Below the pieces are notes generated by a model that was given only the letters and a program-made list of their open reading frames with translations, was not told the origin of the DNA and made no database searches. Positions 24,712 through 32,415 of a stretch of DNA of 55,529 bases are shown here, piece after piece (within the stretch, counting starts at the first letter, position 1; each line of letters starts with the position of its first letter). The DNA is from Candidatus Omnitrophota bacterium. GTDB taxonomy: Bacteria > Omnitrophota > Gorgyraeia > Pluralincolimonadales > Pluralincolimonadaceae. Location: the NCBI GenBank assembly GCA_043798215.1, contig JAZDOX010000075.1, positions 1 through 55,529 on the forward strand. Direction: 5' to 3'. The translations under genes were made by a program, and so were the position numbers.

Positions 24712-24845
24712 CCCTTTTTCTTGACTAAATAGATCAACATATTGTAGTTGCCCAATTCCCGCCGGAGGCGGGTCTGCCTCAGGCATGATATTGGGCCGAT
24801 ATGTTGCGCTCGATAAATCGAGCAACTACATTATGACCCAGTCTC
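24696..24845. repeat. E element with K insert, overlapping the 3' end of ogg
   Basis: CTGGGCCATAACCC ... ATTATGACCCAG. The hairpin GCCCAAT..ATTGGGC is split by TCCCGCCGGAGGCGGGTCTGCCTCAGGCATGAT. Confidence 0.85.
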
Positions 24846-24856
24846 ATAGAGGCGGA

Positions 24857-24995
24857 TAGTGCATTGTAAAGTTAATTCTTGACAGTTTGTCATGCCCGGA
24901 TGCTTTAATCGGGCATCCAGACACGCCCATTTCTGGATTCCCGCTAAAAGATTGCGGGAATGACAACTGGTGGAAACTAATTTTACAATGTACTA
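24857..24995 (+). mobile_element. Family F element, copy F1 (carries a D-type double hairpin in its centre)
   Basis: TAGTGCATTGTAAAGTTAATTCTTGACAG ... CTGGTGGAAACTAATTTTACAATGTACTA. The centre is TGTCATGCCCGG..CGGGCATCCAGACA..TCTGGATTCCCGC..GCGGGAATGACA. Confidence 0.85.
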
Positions 24996-25053
24996 TCGCT
25001 TACGCAAAGGCAGGTTAAGAAGATTTATGATTGCGCCCGCCGCATATTTTCAA

Positions 25054-25503
25054 CTATTTGTTTCTTCCCGAACATTTCCGCAAATTTTTTATAAATTCCG
25101 GTTCCGCCTTATGCCCTAGATTTTCGGCTTTGTGTAAATTTTCCCACGATTCATCAAATTCATTTTTATCGTAGTAACATTTGGCGAGAGCGTAATAAGC
25201 GCCGGCATATTTTGGATCTATGGCTATAGCTTGCCTGAAATCAAGTATGGCCCGATCGAATTGGCCTTTATAGCGGAAAGCGAAACCGCGGGTATAATAA
25301 GCCGCGGCGCATCGCGGGTCTATTTTTATCGCTTGATCGCAGGTTAAGATGGATTTGTCTAATTTTCCGGCGGATAGGCACACGCACGCCCTATTCACGA
25401 GTTTAATCACGTCTTTAAGATCGGATGATAGCGCCGTGGAAGCGCAGAAGATAAAAGACGCGCCAATTAAAATAATCCGTCGAGTCCGATAGTATTTTTT
25501 CAT
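25054..25503 (-). CDS. Secreted TPR-repeat protein
   Basis: Signal peptide. Three TPR-like units (AAAYYTRGFAFRYKGQFDRAILDFRQAIAIDPKYAGAYYALAKCYY). Confidence 0.75.
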   Translation of the reverse strand: MKKYYRTRRIILIGASFIFCASTALSSDLKDVIKLVNRACVCLSAGKLDKSILTCDQAIKIDPRCAAAYYTRGFAFRYKGQFDRAILDFRQAIAIDPKYAGAYYALAKCYYDKNEFDESWENLHKAENLGHKAEPEFIKNLRKCSGRNK

Positions 25504-25632
25504 AATGCGCCTTTCTTTAAAAAGAGGTTTTTAACGGCGATTTTATCCCGTTAGAAATAAATTTCTAACGGGATTTATTTTACTTTATTTATAAACCCGA
25601 GTCCACATTATTTTTATATAGGCAAAAAAATC

Positions 25633-25660
25633 TTGACAACGCCGCTATTTATGTTAAACT
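25633..25660 (+). promoter_or_regulatory. Sigma70-type promoter upstream of the TM-helix protein gene
   Basis: TTGACA (25633-25638), 16-nt spacer, TAAACT (25655-25660). Confidence 0.5.
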
Positions 25661-25750
25661 TATTTTTAATAGATCCCCGTTAAGCAATGGCGTTCGCTAA
25701 CGGGGAAAACCAAAATCGATTTTATGTAAGAATCGAAAGGAGGAGGCAAA

Positions 25751-26434
25751 ATGATCCAGACGGGACAAACATACAATGTCATCGTAAGCTCATGGACTGA
25801 GATCTGGGGGAAAGTAGCGCAATACCTGCCGCAATTGATAGGTGCGATAATACTGTTAATTATCGGTATGGTAATCGCCAAGGTTATCGAGAAGACGGTG
25901 GTCCAGGTTTTGAAACTCGCCCGATTTGATGTGCTATCCGAAAAAACTGGGATTGCCACTATTCTCACGAAAGGCGAGATAAGGCAAACTTTATCCGAAC
26001 TTCTTGGACTGATCATATATTGGCTTTTAATATTGATAGCCGTTATTATATCTTTAAACGCGGTGGGAATTACCGCGGCTGGATTTTTGGATAAGGTTGG
26101 CGAATATGCCTCTAATGTGGTTCTTTCGATATTTGTTTTAATACTGGGGTTATTCTTCGCGGGTTTGACCGGCTCTATAGTAAGAACCTCAGCCGCTAAT
26201 ATAGGCATAGCTATGGCGAAAAATTTGGGACAGATAGCTCAAGTCGCCATAATCGTAATTACGGCATTGACTATTTTGCCTATGCTTGGCGTCAGGACTC
26301 TTGTAATAGACACAATAGTGGTAGTTTTTCTGTCTGCCATAGGTTTGGCGTTAGCTTTGGCTTTCGGCATTGGCGCCAAAGACGCTGCCGGTAAAATAAC
26401 GTCGGATTTTATCGATAAGTGGAAGAAAAAATAA
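25751..26434 (+). CDS. Membrane protein with repeated conserved TM-helix units (MscS-associated TM_helix type)
   Basis: RBS aaaggaggagg. Repeated pattern of a TM helix plus a short amphipathic segment. Followed by a strong intrinsic terminator. Confidence 0.6.
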   Translation: MIQTGQTYNVIVSSWTEIWGKVAQYLPQLIGAIILLIIGMVIAKVIEKTVVQVLKLARFDVLSEKTGIATILTKGEIRQTLSELLGLIIYWLLILIAVIISLNAVGITAAGFLDKVGEYASNVVLSIFVLILGLFFAGLTGSIVRTSAANIGIAMAKNLGQIAQVAIIVITALTILPMLGVRTLVIDTIVVVFLSAIGLALALAFGIGAKDAAGKITSDFIDKWKKK

Positions 26435-26480
26435 CACGGGGGAATTCGCAGTAAAAATTGAAAAATTTAAACTGAGTTAA

Positions 26481-26521
26481 AGAAGGGACTTTTAGACGAC
26501 AGCGAGTCCCTTCTTTTTTTA
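26481..26521 (+). terminator. Rho-independent terminator
   Basis: Perfect 10-bp stem AGAAGGGACT / AGTCCCTTCT (26481-26490 / 26505-26514), 14-nt loop, then a T-run. Confidence 0.8.
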
Positions 26522-26540
26522 CGTCGGGAACGTCAGTAAT

Positions 26541-27560
26541 ATGGCATATATTGATAGAAGAAGCAAAGAGCGGCACAAAATAGTGGGACTTAGCTATGAC
26601 ATAAAGCCCGATTATATCTTTAAGGATGGCGATCCGGAAGATGCTAACGCCGAGTTTGACCATCCGGACACTATAGAGGTGATAAAGGATGCTATCGAGT
26701 CCGGCGGGCATAGAGTCGTAAAGATTGGTAATGTCCATAATCTCTTGCGCCAGTTGAAGGATTTAAATGTTGATATAGTTTTTAATATTGCGGAAGGTGT
26801 CAGTGGACGCAATAGGGAGTCGCAGGTGCCAATTATATTGGAGATGATGGGAATTCCTTTTGTTGGCGGCGACGGCTTAACTCTTGGACTTACGCTGGAT
26901 AAGGTTATGGCCAAGAAGATTTTAATCTCTCACGGCATTCTTACGCCGGAATTTTTTGAAGTATCCGACTTGAATGATTTTAACGTTCCGCAGATGGGTT
27001 TTCCGTTGATTGTGAAGCCTAGATATGAGGGTTCAAGTAAGGGAATAAGCGATAAGTCCGTAGTTAATGATTTTCGGCAATTAAAGAAGCAGGTTGCCTG
27101 GGTAATTAAAAATTATAAACAGCCTGCTTTGGTAGAAAAATTCATAAACGGCCGCGAATTTACTGTTCCTATAATTGGGAATAAAAGGCCTGTTATTTTA
27201 CCCATCGTGCAAATCAGAATAGACGACAAATTAGATTTAGGGGAGTTATGTTATACCTTTTCAAGGATTAGATCGGATGCTTTAAGCTATGTTTGTCCCG
27301 CGCAAATCTCGCGGGTGTTGGATGAAAAGATAAAAAAGACAGCTCTTGAAGCCTATCAGGCTGTTGAATGCTGCGACTTTGGCAGAGTTGATATAAGGGT
27401 TGACAAAAAAGGAGATCCTTATGTGTTGGAGATAAATCCTCTTCCTTCTCTTTCAATGGAAGATGTTTTTATGGTTATTTCAAGACATATGAAGATCTCT
27501 TATGGCAAGATGATCAATAAAATATTGAATTATGCTTTAGAAAGGCACGGTATTAAATAA
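26541..27560 (+). CDS. ATP-grasp enzyme, D-Ala-D-Ala-ligase-like, family member 1
   Basis: Pre-ATP-grasp domain (VDIVFNIAEG..GRNRESQVPIILEMMGIPFVG) and ATP-grasp core (PLIVKPRYEGSSKGI, GREFTV, VLEINPLPSL). Paralog of the next gene. Confidence 0.8.
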   Translation: MAYIDRRSKERHKIVGLSYDIKPDYIFKDGDPEDANAEFDHPDTIEVIKDAIESGGHRVVKIGNVHNLLRQLKDLNVDIVFNIAEGVSGRNRESQVPIILEMMGIPFVGGDGLTLGLTLDKVMAKKILISHGILTPEFFEVSDLNDFNVPQMGFPLIVKPRYEGSSKGISDKSVVNDFRQLKKQVAWVIKNYKQPALVEKFINGREFTVPIIGNKRPVILPIVQIRIDDKLDLGELCYTFSRIRSDALSYVCPAQISRVLDEKIKKTALEAYQAVECCDFGRVDIRVDKKGDPYVLEINPLPSLSMEDVFMVISRHMKISYGKMINKILNYALERHGIK

Positions 27561-27562
27561 AT

Positions 27563-28615
27563 ATGAGACTTAAAGTGGCGCTTACCTATAATTTGAAGAG
27601 GAAAACCGAAGATGCCGGTTTGCCGGAAGATTATTACTCTGAGTTTGACAGCAAGGAAACGATAGAGGCTATTGCGGCAAGCTTACGTTCCGGCGGCAAT
27701 GAGGTATTTTTGGTCGAGGCCGACAAAGGGTTGTTAAATTGGTTTCAGAATAATAAGGTTGATATTGTGTTCAATATAGCCGAAGGATTTCACGGAGAAT
27801 CGAGGGAATCTCAGGTTCCGGCGATACTGGATTTTTTGGGAATTCCGTATACGGGTTCGGGAGTTCTTGCCTTGAGCGCTGCGCTAAACAAGGCTTTTAC
27901 CAAGAGGCTCTTTGAGCAGAGCGGAATTCCGACGCCTAAGTATAAATTGATCAAAGTTCCGGAAGATATACGCGGCATTAATTTAAAGTATCCGTTGATA
28001 GTCAAGCCCAATAGCGAAGGATCGGCCAAGGGCATTCTTATGTCAAGCGTTGTGGGCAATGAAAAAGAGCTAATCTCTCAAGTCGAGCGAACGTACAGGA
28101 TTTACAAACAAGAAATATTGATTGAGGAGTTTATTGACGGCAAAGAACTCACCGTGGGCATATTAGGTAATGCTCCTCCGGAGGCAATGCCCATACTTGA
28201 GATAGACTTCTCGAGTTGTAAAGCTTCCGGAGAATTTTTTTATACATGGAAAGTGAAGGAATATGAAAAAGAAGTCGAAGAGAGCATGGGATTAAGTCCT
28301 CTATGGCATTGTCCGGCTAGATTAAACGAAAACCAGACTTGTATCGTTAAGGAGACGGCTTTAAAGGTTTATTCGACTATAGGGTGTGCTGATCTTTCCA
28401 GAGTCGATATAATATTGAGCGAAGAGGGCATACCGTACGTGCTGGAGATCAATCCATTGCCGGGATTGGATCCTAAAGATTCAAATTTTCCTTACGCGGC
28501 CCAATGCGCCGGATTAAGTTATTCAAATTTGATGAATAAGATACTGGAAGCGGCTGTAGAACGTCATAAATTAAACAATAAAAAGCTTACCTTGCAAGAA
28601 AGGAGCCCGCGTTGA
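27563..28615 (+). CDS. ATP-grasp enzyme, D-Ala-D-Ala-ligase-like, family member 2
   Basis: Same architecture (VDIVFNIAEGFHGESRESQVPAILDFLGIPYTG, PLIVKPNSEGSAKGI, VLEINPLPGL). Starts 3 nt after the previous stop. Confidence 0.8.
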   Translation: MRLKVALTYNLKRKTEDAGLPEDYYSEFDSKETIEAIAASLRSGGNEVFLVEADKGLLNWFQNNKVDIVFNIAEGFHGESRESQVPAILDFLGIPYTGSGVLALSAALNKAFTKRLFEQSGIPTPKYKLIKVPEDIRGINLKYPLIVKPNSEGSAKGILMSSVVGNEKELISQVERTYRIYKQEILIEEFIDGKELTVGILGNAPPEAMPILEIDFSSCKASGEFFYTWKVKEYEKEVEESMGLSPLWHCPARLNENQTCIVKETALKVYSTIGCADLSRVDIILSEEGIPYVLEINPLPGLDPKDSNFPYAAQCAGLSYSNLMNKILEAAVERHKLNNKKLTLQERSPR

Positions 28616-29817
28616 TAAACGTTACAAGTTCGTTACTTGAGCGTTGGAAGGATGTGCCTGAAAGCGACTGGGAAGATTGGCTTTGGCAGATTAAGAACAG
28701 GATAATGACTTACGACGGCCTAAAGGAGATATTTCCGCTTACGCCCTCCGAGGATTTAGGAGTTAAGAGATTCAAGGGCAGGTTATTGATGGCCATCCCT
28801 CCTTATTGGGCGTCTCTTATGGATCCGGTGAGAGTTACTTGCCCCATAAGAAGGCAAGCTGTGCCTACAGCCGATGAATTTGATGTTTCTTCGGATGATA
28901 TGGAAGACCCTTGCGGAGAAGATAAGGATTCCCCTGTGCCTGGCTTGGTGCATAGATATCCTAACAGGGCGCTTCTTTTGGTAACTGAGAAGTGCGCGAT
29001 GTATTGCCGGCATTGCACGCGCAGAAGGCTTGTAGGCTCGGAAGCTCACCTTACCTCGCCGCAGAATTTTGAGCAGGCTTACGCTTACATAAGAGCTAAT
29101 AGAAGAATACGCGATGTTCTTATCTCCGGCGGAGATCCATTAATGCTGCCCGATGAGACCATAGAGGATATATTAAGAAATCTTAGGAATATACCTAATG
29201 TTGAGTTTATTCGCTTGGGCACAAGGATGCCGGTTACAATGCCTATGAGAATTACCGAAAACCTTATATCTGTTTTTAAAAAGTATTCTCCCTTATGGGT
29301 ATCCCTGCATTTTAATCACCCTAAAGAAATAACCAAGCGCGTAAAAAAAGCCTGCGATATGCTTGCTGATTCCGGAATTCCACTTGGCAGTCAGACGGTT
29401 TTGTTAAGAGGGATAAATGACAGGCCGTCGACAATGAAGAGACTGATGCACGAGTTGCTGAAAATAAGGGTTCGCCCTTATTACATATATCAATGCGATC
29501 CCGCCAAGGGCATAAGCCATTTTAGGACACCCGTCGCGGTTGGCATTAATATTATGGAGAAATTACGGGGGCATACTTCCGGATACGCGGTGCCCACTTA
29601 TGTTGTTGACGCCCCGGGCGGCGGAGGCAAGATTCCGGTCGCGCCGAATTATGTTATCTCGCAGGCTAAGGGAATGTTTACGCTTAGGAATTACGCCGGC
29701 GGCATATTCACTTATCATGAACCGGCTGAGGAAGCGGAGATAAGAAGGCTTTTACCCGGCCAGGCTAAACAAGATAAGAAGGAACAGAAAGCCGTTGAAG
29801 CTAAGTCTGCCGCTTAG
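28612..29817 (+). CDS. KamA-family radical SAM aminomutase (lysine 2,3-aminomutase-like)
   Basis: CAMYCRHCTRRR = the CxxxCxxC radical-SAM cluster in KamA context. Also SGGDPL and the N-terminal W.DW.WQIKN motif. The TTG start overlaps the upstream stop by 4 nt. Confidence 0.85.
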   Translation: MINVTSSLLERWKDVPESDWEDWLWQIKNRIMTYDGLKEIFPLTPSEDLGVKRFKGRLLMAIPPYWASLMDPVRVTCPIRRQAVPTADEFDVSSDDMEDPCGEDKDSPVPGLVHRYPNRALLLVTEKCAMYCRHCTRRRLVGSEAHLTSPQNFEQAYAYIRANRRIRDVLISGGDPLMLPDETIEDILRNLRNIPNVEFIRLGTRMPVTMPMRITENLISVFKKYSPLWVSLHFNHPKEITKRVKKACDMLADSGIPLGSQTVLLRGINDRPSTMKRLMHELLKIRVRPYYIYQCDPAKGISHFRTPVAVGINIMEKLRGHTSGYAVPTYVVDAPGGGGKIPVAPNYVISQAKGMFTLRNYAGGIFTYHEPAEEAEIRRLLPGQAKQDKKEQKAVEAKSAA

Positions 29818-29839
29818 AAGCGGGGAATCGAGAAATTTA

Positions 29840-30412
29840 ATGAAGGGCAGGAATTTTATTGTATCGGTTTTTTGCGTATGCTCCGTTCTTTGTTTTATCG
29901 GTTGCGCGCCCAGACGCGATATGGAAGACGTTAAGAAACAGATACTCGAGTTTGACCCTTCTTTTGAAGAAGTCCTGAAGAATAAGTCGGAATTGGATTC
30001 ACAGGTGGAAGCATTGCGCAATGAGTTAAGAGACAAACATTGCGAGATATCCTCCAGGATTATGGAGCTGGAGGAAGAGCTTAAAGCGGCCAGAAGGCAA
30101 ACTTATGGCCGGATTAATGAGTTTAGCTTGCAGTTAGATCCCCAGAGAAAGGTAATAAAATCTCGTATAAGTGAATTAATAGCGGCGCTTAGGACGAAAG
30201 AAAGTTTGCGCGGCACGCTGAAAAATTCCCTTCGGGATGCCAAGAAACTTTTAGAGAATAAGAAACTGGAGCTGCCCCAATTCGAAGAAGAGAAGTGGCG
30301 CGCTAATTCGGAAGACCTAATCCGCCAGCTTTCCTCACTGGAGGAAGAGATAGCGGCCTTAAGAAGACAGGCGCGCTTATATAGAGAGGAATTAAATCTT
30401 CTTAAGTTTTAA
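29840..30412 (+). CDS. Coiled-coil lipoprotein
   Basis: Lipobox CFIGC after MKGRNFIVSVFCVCSVL. The rest is heptad-rich and charged. I chose ATG 29840 over the track start 29795, which overlaps the KamA-family gene. Confidence 0.6.
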   Translation: MKGRNFIVSVFCVCSVLCFIGCAPRRDMEDVKKQILEFDPSFEEVLKNKSELDSQVEALRNELRDKHCEISSRIMELEEELKAARRQTYGRINEFSLQLDPQRKVIKSRISELIAALRTKESLRGTLKNSLRDAKKLLENKKLELPQFEEEKWRANSEDLIRQLSSLEEEIAALRRQARLYREELNLLKF

Positions 30413-30424
30413 AGTCCTTTCTTT

Positions 30425-30458
30425 ATCCCGTTAGAAAACAGGGTTCTCTAAACGGGAT
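30425..30458 (+). terminator. CCCGTTAG-family hairpin after the coiled-coil lipoprotein gene
   Basis: ATCCCGTTAGA ... TCTAAACGGGAT, one bulge. Confidence 0.4.
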
Positions 30459-30577
30459 TTATCCCTTGCCTTAGATAAGCCCATTTGGTAAAATTATGCT
30501 ACAAGAGTCAAACCAGCTAACGAACAAACGAATGAAGGGTTAACGGGTGTGCGGGTAAACGAGTACCCCGTCAGTTC

Positions 30578-30625
30578 GATAACTCGTTAACTCGATAACC
30601 GGCTAACCCGTTAACAGGGTAACAT
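30578..30625 (+). promoter_or_regulatory. Phased octamer array (6 x GNTAACNN) in the purH leader
   Basis: TAAC starts at 30580, 30588, 30596, 30604, 30612 and 30620. The array ends TAACATAGGAG (SD). Confidence 0.5.
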
Positions 30626-30636
30626 AGGAGAAATAA

Positions 30637-32202
30637 ATGGTAAAAGTAAACAGAGCGCTTTTGAGTGTCTCTGACAAGACGGGCATAGTCGAATTTGCGA
30701 AGGGCCTTGAAAAATTGGGGATAGAAATGATTTCCACCGGCGGAACGTCGGAGATCTTGAGGTCTAAAGGCGTAAAGATAAGATCTGTCTCGGAAATTAC
30801 CGGTTTTCCCGAAATATTGGACGGACGGGTCAAGACGCTTCATCCCAAGATACACGGGGGCATTTTGGCCAAACGCAATGAATTAGCACACGCCTCGCAA
30901 CTCAAGAAGCATGGCATAGAGACTATAGATTTAGTTGTCGTAAATCTGTATCCGTTTGAAGAGACGATAGCTAATTCTAATGTTAAATTAGAGGATGCCA
31001 TTGAGATGATAGATATAGGCGGCCCCGCCATGATTCGCTCAGCCGCCAAGAATTTTAAGTATGTTGGCGCTGTCTGTAATCCCGCGAGATACGCCGAAGT
31101 CTTATCCGAACTTGTGGAGAACGGACGCATTTTATCCGATGATACGCTTTCCGCGCTTGCGGTTGATGCCTTTAGCCGAACAGCAGAATATGATTTTAAG
31201 ATATATGAGTTTTTACAATCCAGATCGCGGGACAATGCTTGCTTTCCCTCCATTTTGAGCCTCATTTTTAATAAAGTCCAAGGATTGCGCTACGGCGAGA
31301 ATCCGCATCAGGAAGCGGTTTTTTATGCCGATTCGGTTAGCCCGAAAGGCGGTTTTGCCGGAATAAAACAACTGCATGGCAAAGAATTGTCTTTTAATAA
31401 TTTCCTGGATTTGAGTTCGGCCCTGGGCATAGTGAAAGATTTTGATTCTCCCTGCGCCTGCGTTGTCAAACATTGTTCTCCGTGCGGGATAGCTTGTTGC
31501 GGCAGGATTAGCGAGGCTTTCGCGCGCGCTTTCGCCTGCGACAGCCTGTCGGCTTTTGGCGGTATAGTGGGGTTAAATAGAAAAGTAGACTCGAAGACGG
31601 CGCGGAAGATTCGAGATTGTGGTTTTCTGGAGTGCGTTATAGCGCCCGGATATGCCGCTCAAGCGGTGAAGATCCTAATGGGCAAGAAAAATTTAAGGAT
31701 AATAGAGTTTCCGGATTTATTTAAGAAGCCGCTGGAAAACGCATACGGATATGACATTAAAAAAGTAGAGGGGGGATTGCTTGTTCAGCGGCGCGACGAA
31801 GCCGCTATTGCGCCCAGCGACTTAAAGATTATGAACAAAGGAAAATTAACCGAAAGCGGGATTAAATCTCTTTTGTTTGCTTGGAAAGCCGCTAAGCATG
31901 TCAGGTCAAACGCCATAGTCATATGCAAAGGGGAGCGCGCTGTGGGTATCGGAGGCGGACAGCCCAGCAGAGTTGACTCGGTTAGGATAGCCCTTGATAA
32001 GGCGGGCAAGAACGCTATAGGCGCATATTTGGCAAGCGACGGGTTTTTCCCGAAGCCCGATTCAATTCTTTTGGCGGCCAAGGCAGGTATTAAAGCGATA
32101 ATCCAGCCCGGCGGATCTGTTAAGGATGAGGAAGTAATAAAAGCCGCCAAGAAGTCCGGGATAGCTATGGTTTTTACCGGAATGAGGCATTTTAGGCACT
32201 AA
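30637..32202 (+). CDS. purH: Bifunctional AICAR transformylase / IMP cyclohydrolase
   Basis: N-terminal MGS-like IMPCH domain (ALLSVSDKTGIVEFAK, HPKIHGGIL) and C-terminal AICARFT domain (GIGGGQPSRVDS, FFPF-like DGFFPKPD). Confidence 0.92.
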   Translation: MVKVNRALLSVSDKTGIVEFAKGLEKLGIEMISTGGTSEILRSKGVKIRSVSEITGFPEILDGRVKTLHPKIHGGILAKRNELAHASQLKKHGIETIDLVVVNLYPFEETIANSNVKLEDAIEMIDIGGPAMIRSAAKNFKYVGAVCNPARYAEVLSELVENGRILSDDTLSALAVDAFSRTAEYDFKIYEFLQSRSRDNACFPSILSLIFNKVQGLRYGENPHQEAVFYADSVSPKGGFAGIKQLHGKELSFNNFLDLSSALGIVKDFDSPCACVVKHCSPCGIACCGRISEAFARAFACDSLSAFGGIVGLNRKVDSKTARKIRDCGFLECVIAPGYAAQAVKILMGKKNLRIIEFPDLFKKPLENAYGYDIKKVEGGLLVQRRDEAAIAPSDLKIMNKGKLTESGIKSLLFAWKAAKHVRSNAIVICKGERAVGIGGGQPSRVDSVRIALDKAGKNAIGAYLASDGFFPKPDSILLAAKAGIKAIIQPGGSVKDEEVIKAAKKSGIAMVFTGMRHFRH

Positions 32203-32249
32203 AGACGCGATAGCTGATTAGAGCTGGTTTCATAGGTTGTTACGAAACC

Positions 32250-32337
32250 TGTCATTGCCCGATTTATTCGGGCAATCCAGACATGAAATAACACCTTATA
32301 ACGTGACTGGATTCCCCGATCAAGTCGGGGAATGACA
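32250..32337. repeat. Solo D element (double hairpin)
   Basis: TGTCATTGCCCGATTTATTCGGGCAATCCAGACA ... GACTGGATTCCCCGATCAAGTCGGGGAATGACA. Confidence 0.85.
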
Positions 32338-32415
32338 AATGCTAATTTAGATAGCAATGGCGCGATAGTTGATCGTAATCTGCTATCAGCCAGAATACGT
32401 CATAGGAGGTAAAAT

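Noticed and set aside
30480-30636. ZTP (pfl) riboswitch, expected upstream of purH.
   Set aside because: I could not find the conserved pfl elements, neither the 3' CCGCCTGGGC segment nor the GGGTCGTG-type 5' domain. The leader instead carries the TAAC octamer array.
32205-32380. Direct repeat CGCGATAG(C/T)TGAT flanking the solo D element between purH and folC, considered as a target-site duplication.
   Set aside because: The repeats are not adjacent to the element ends (about 25 nt away on each side). A 13-nt length is inconsistent with the flanks of other copies.
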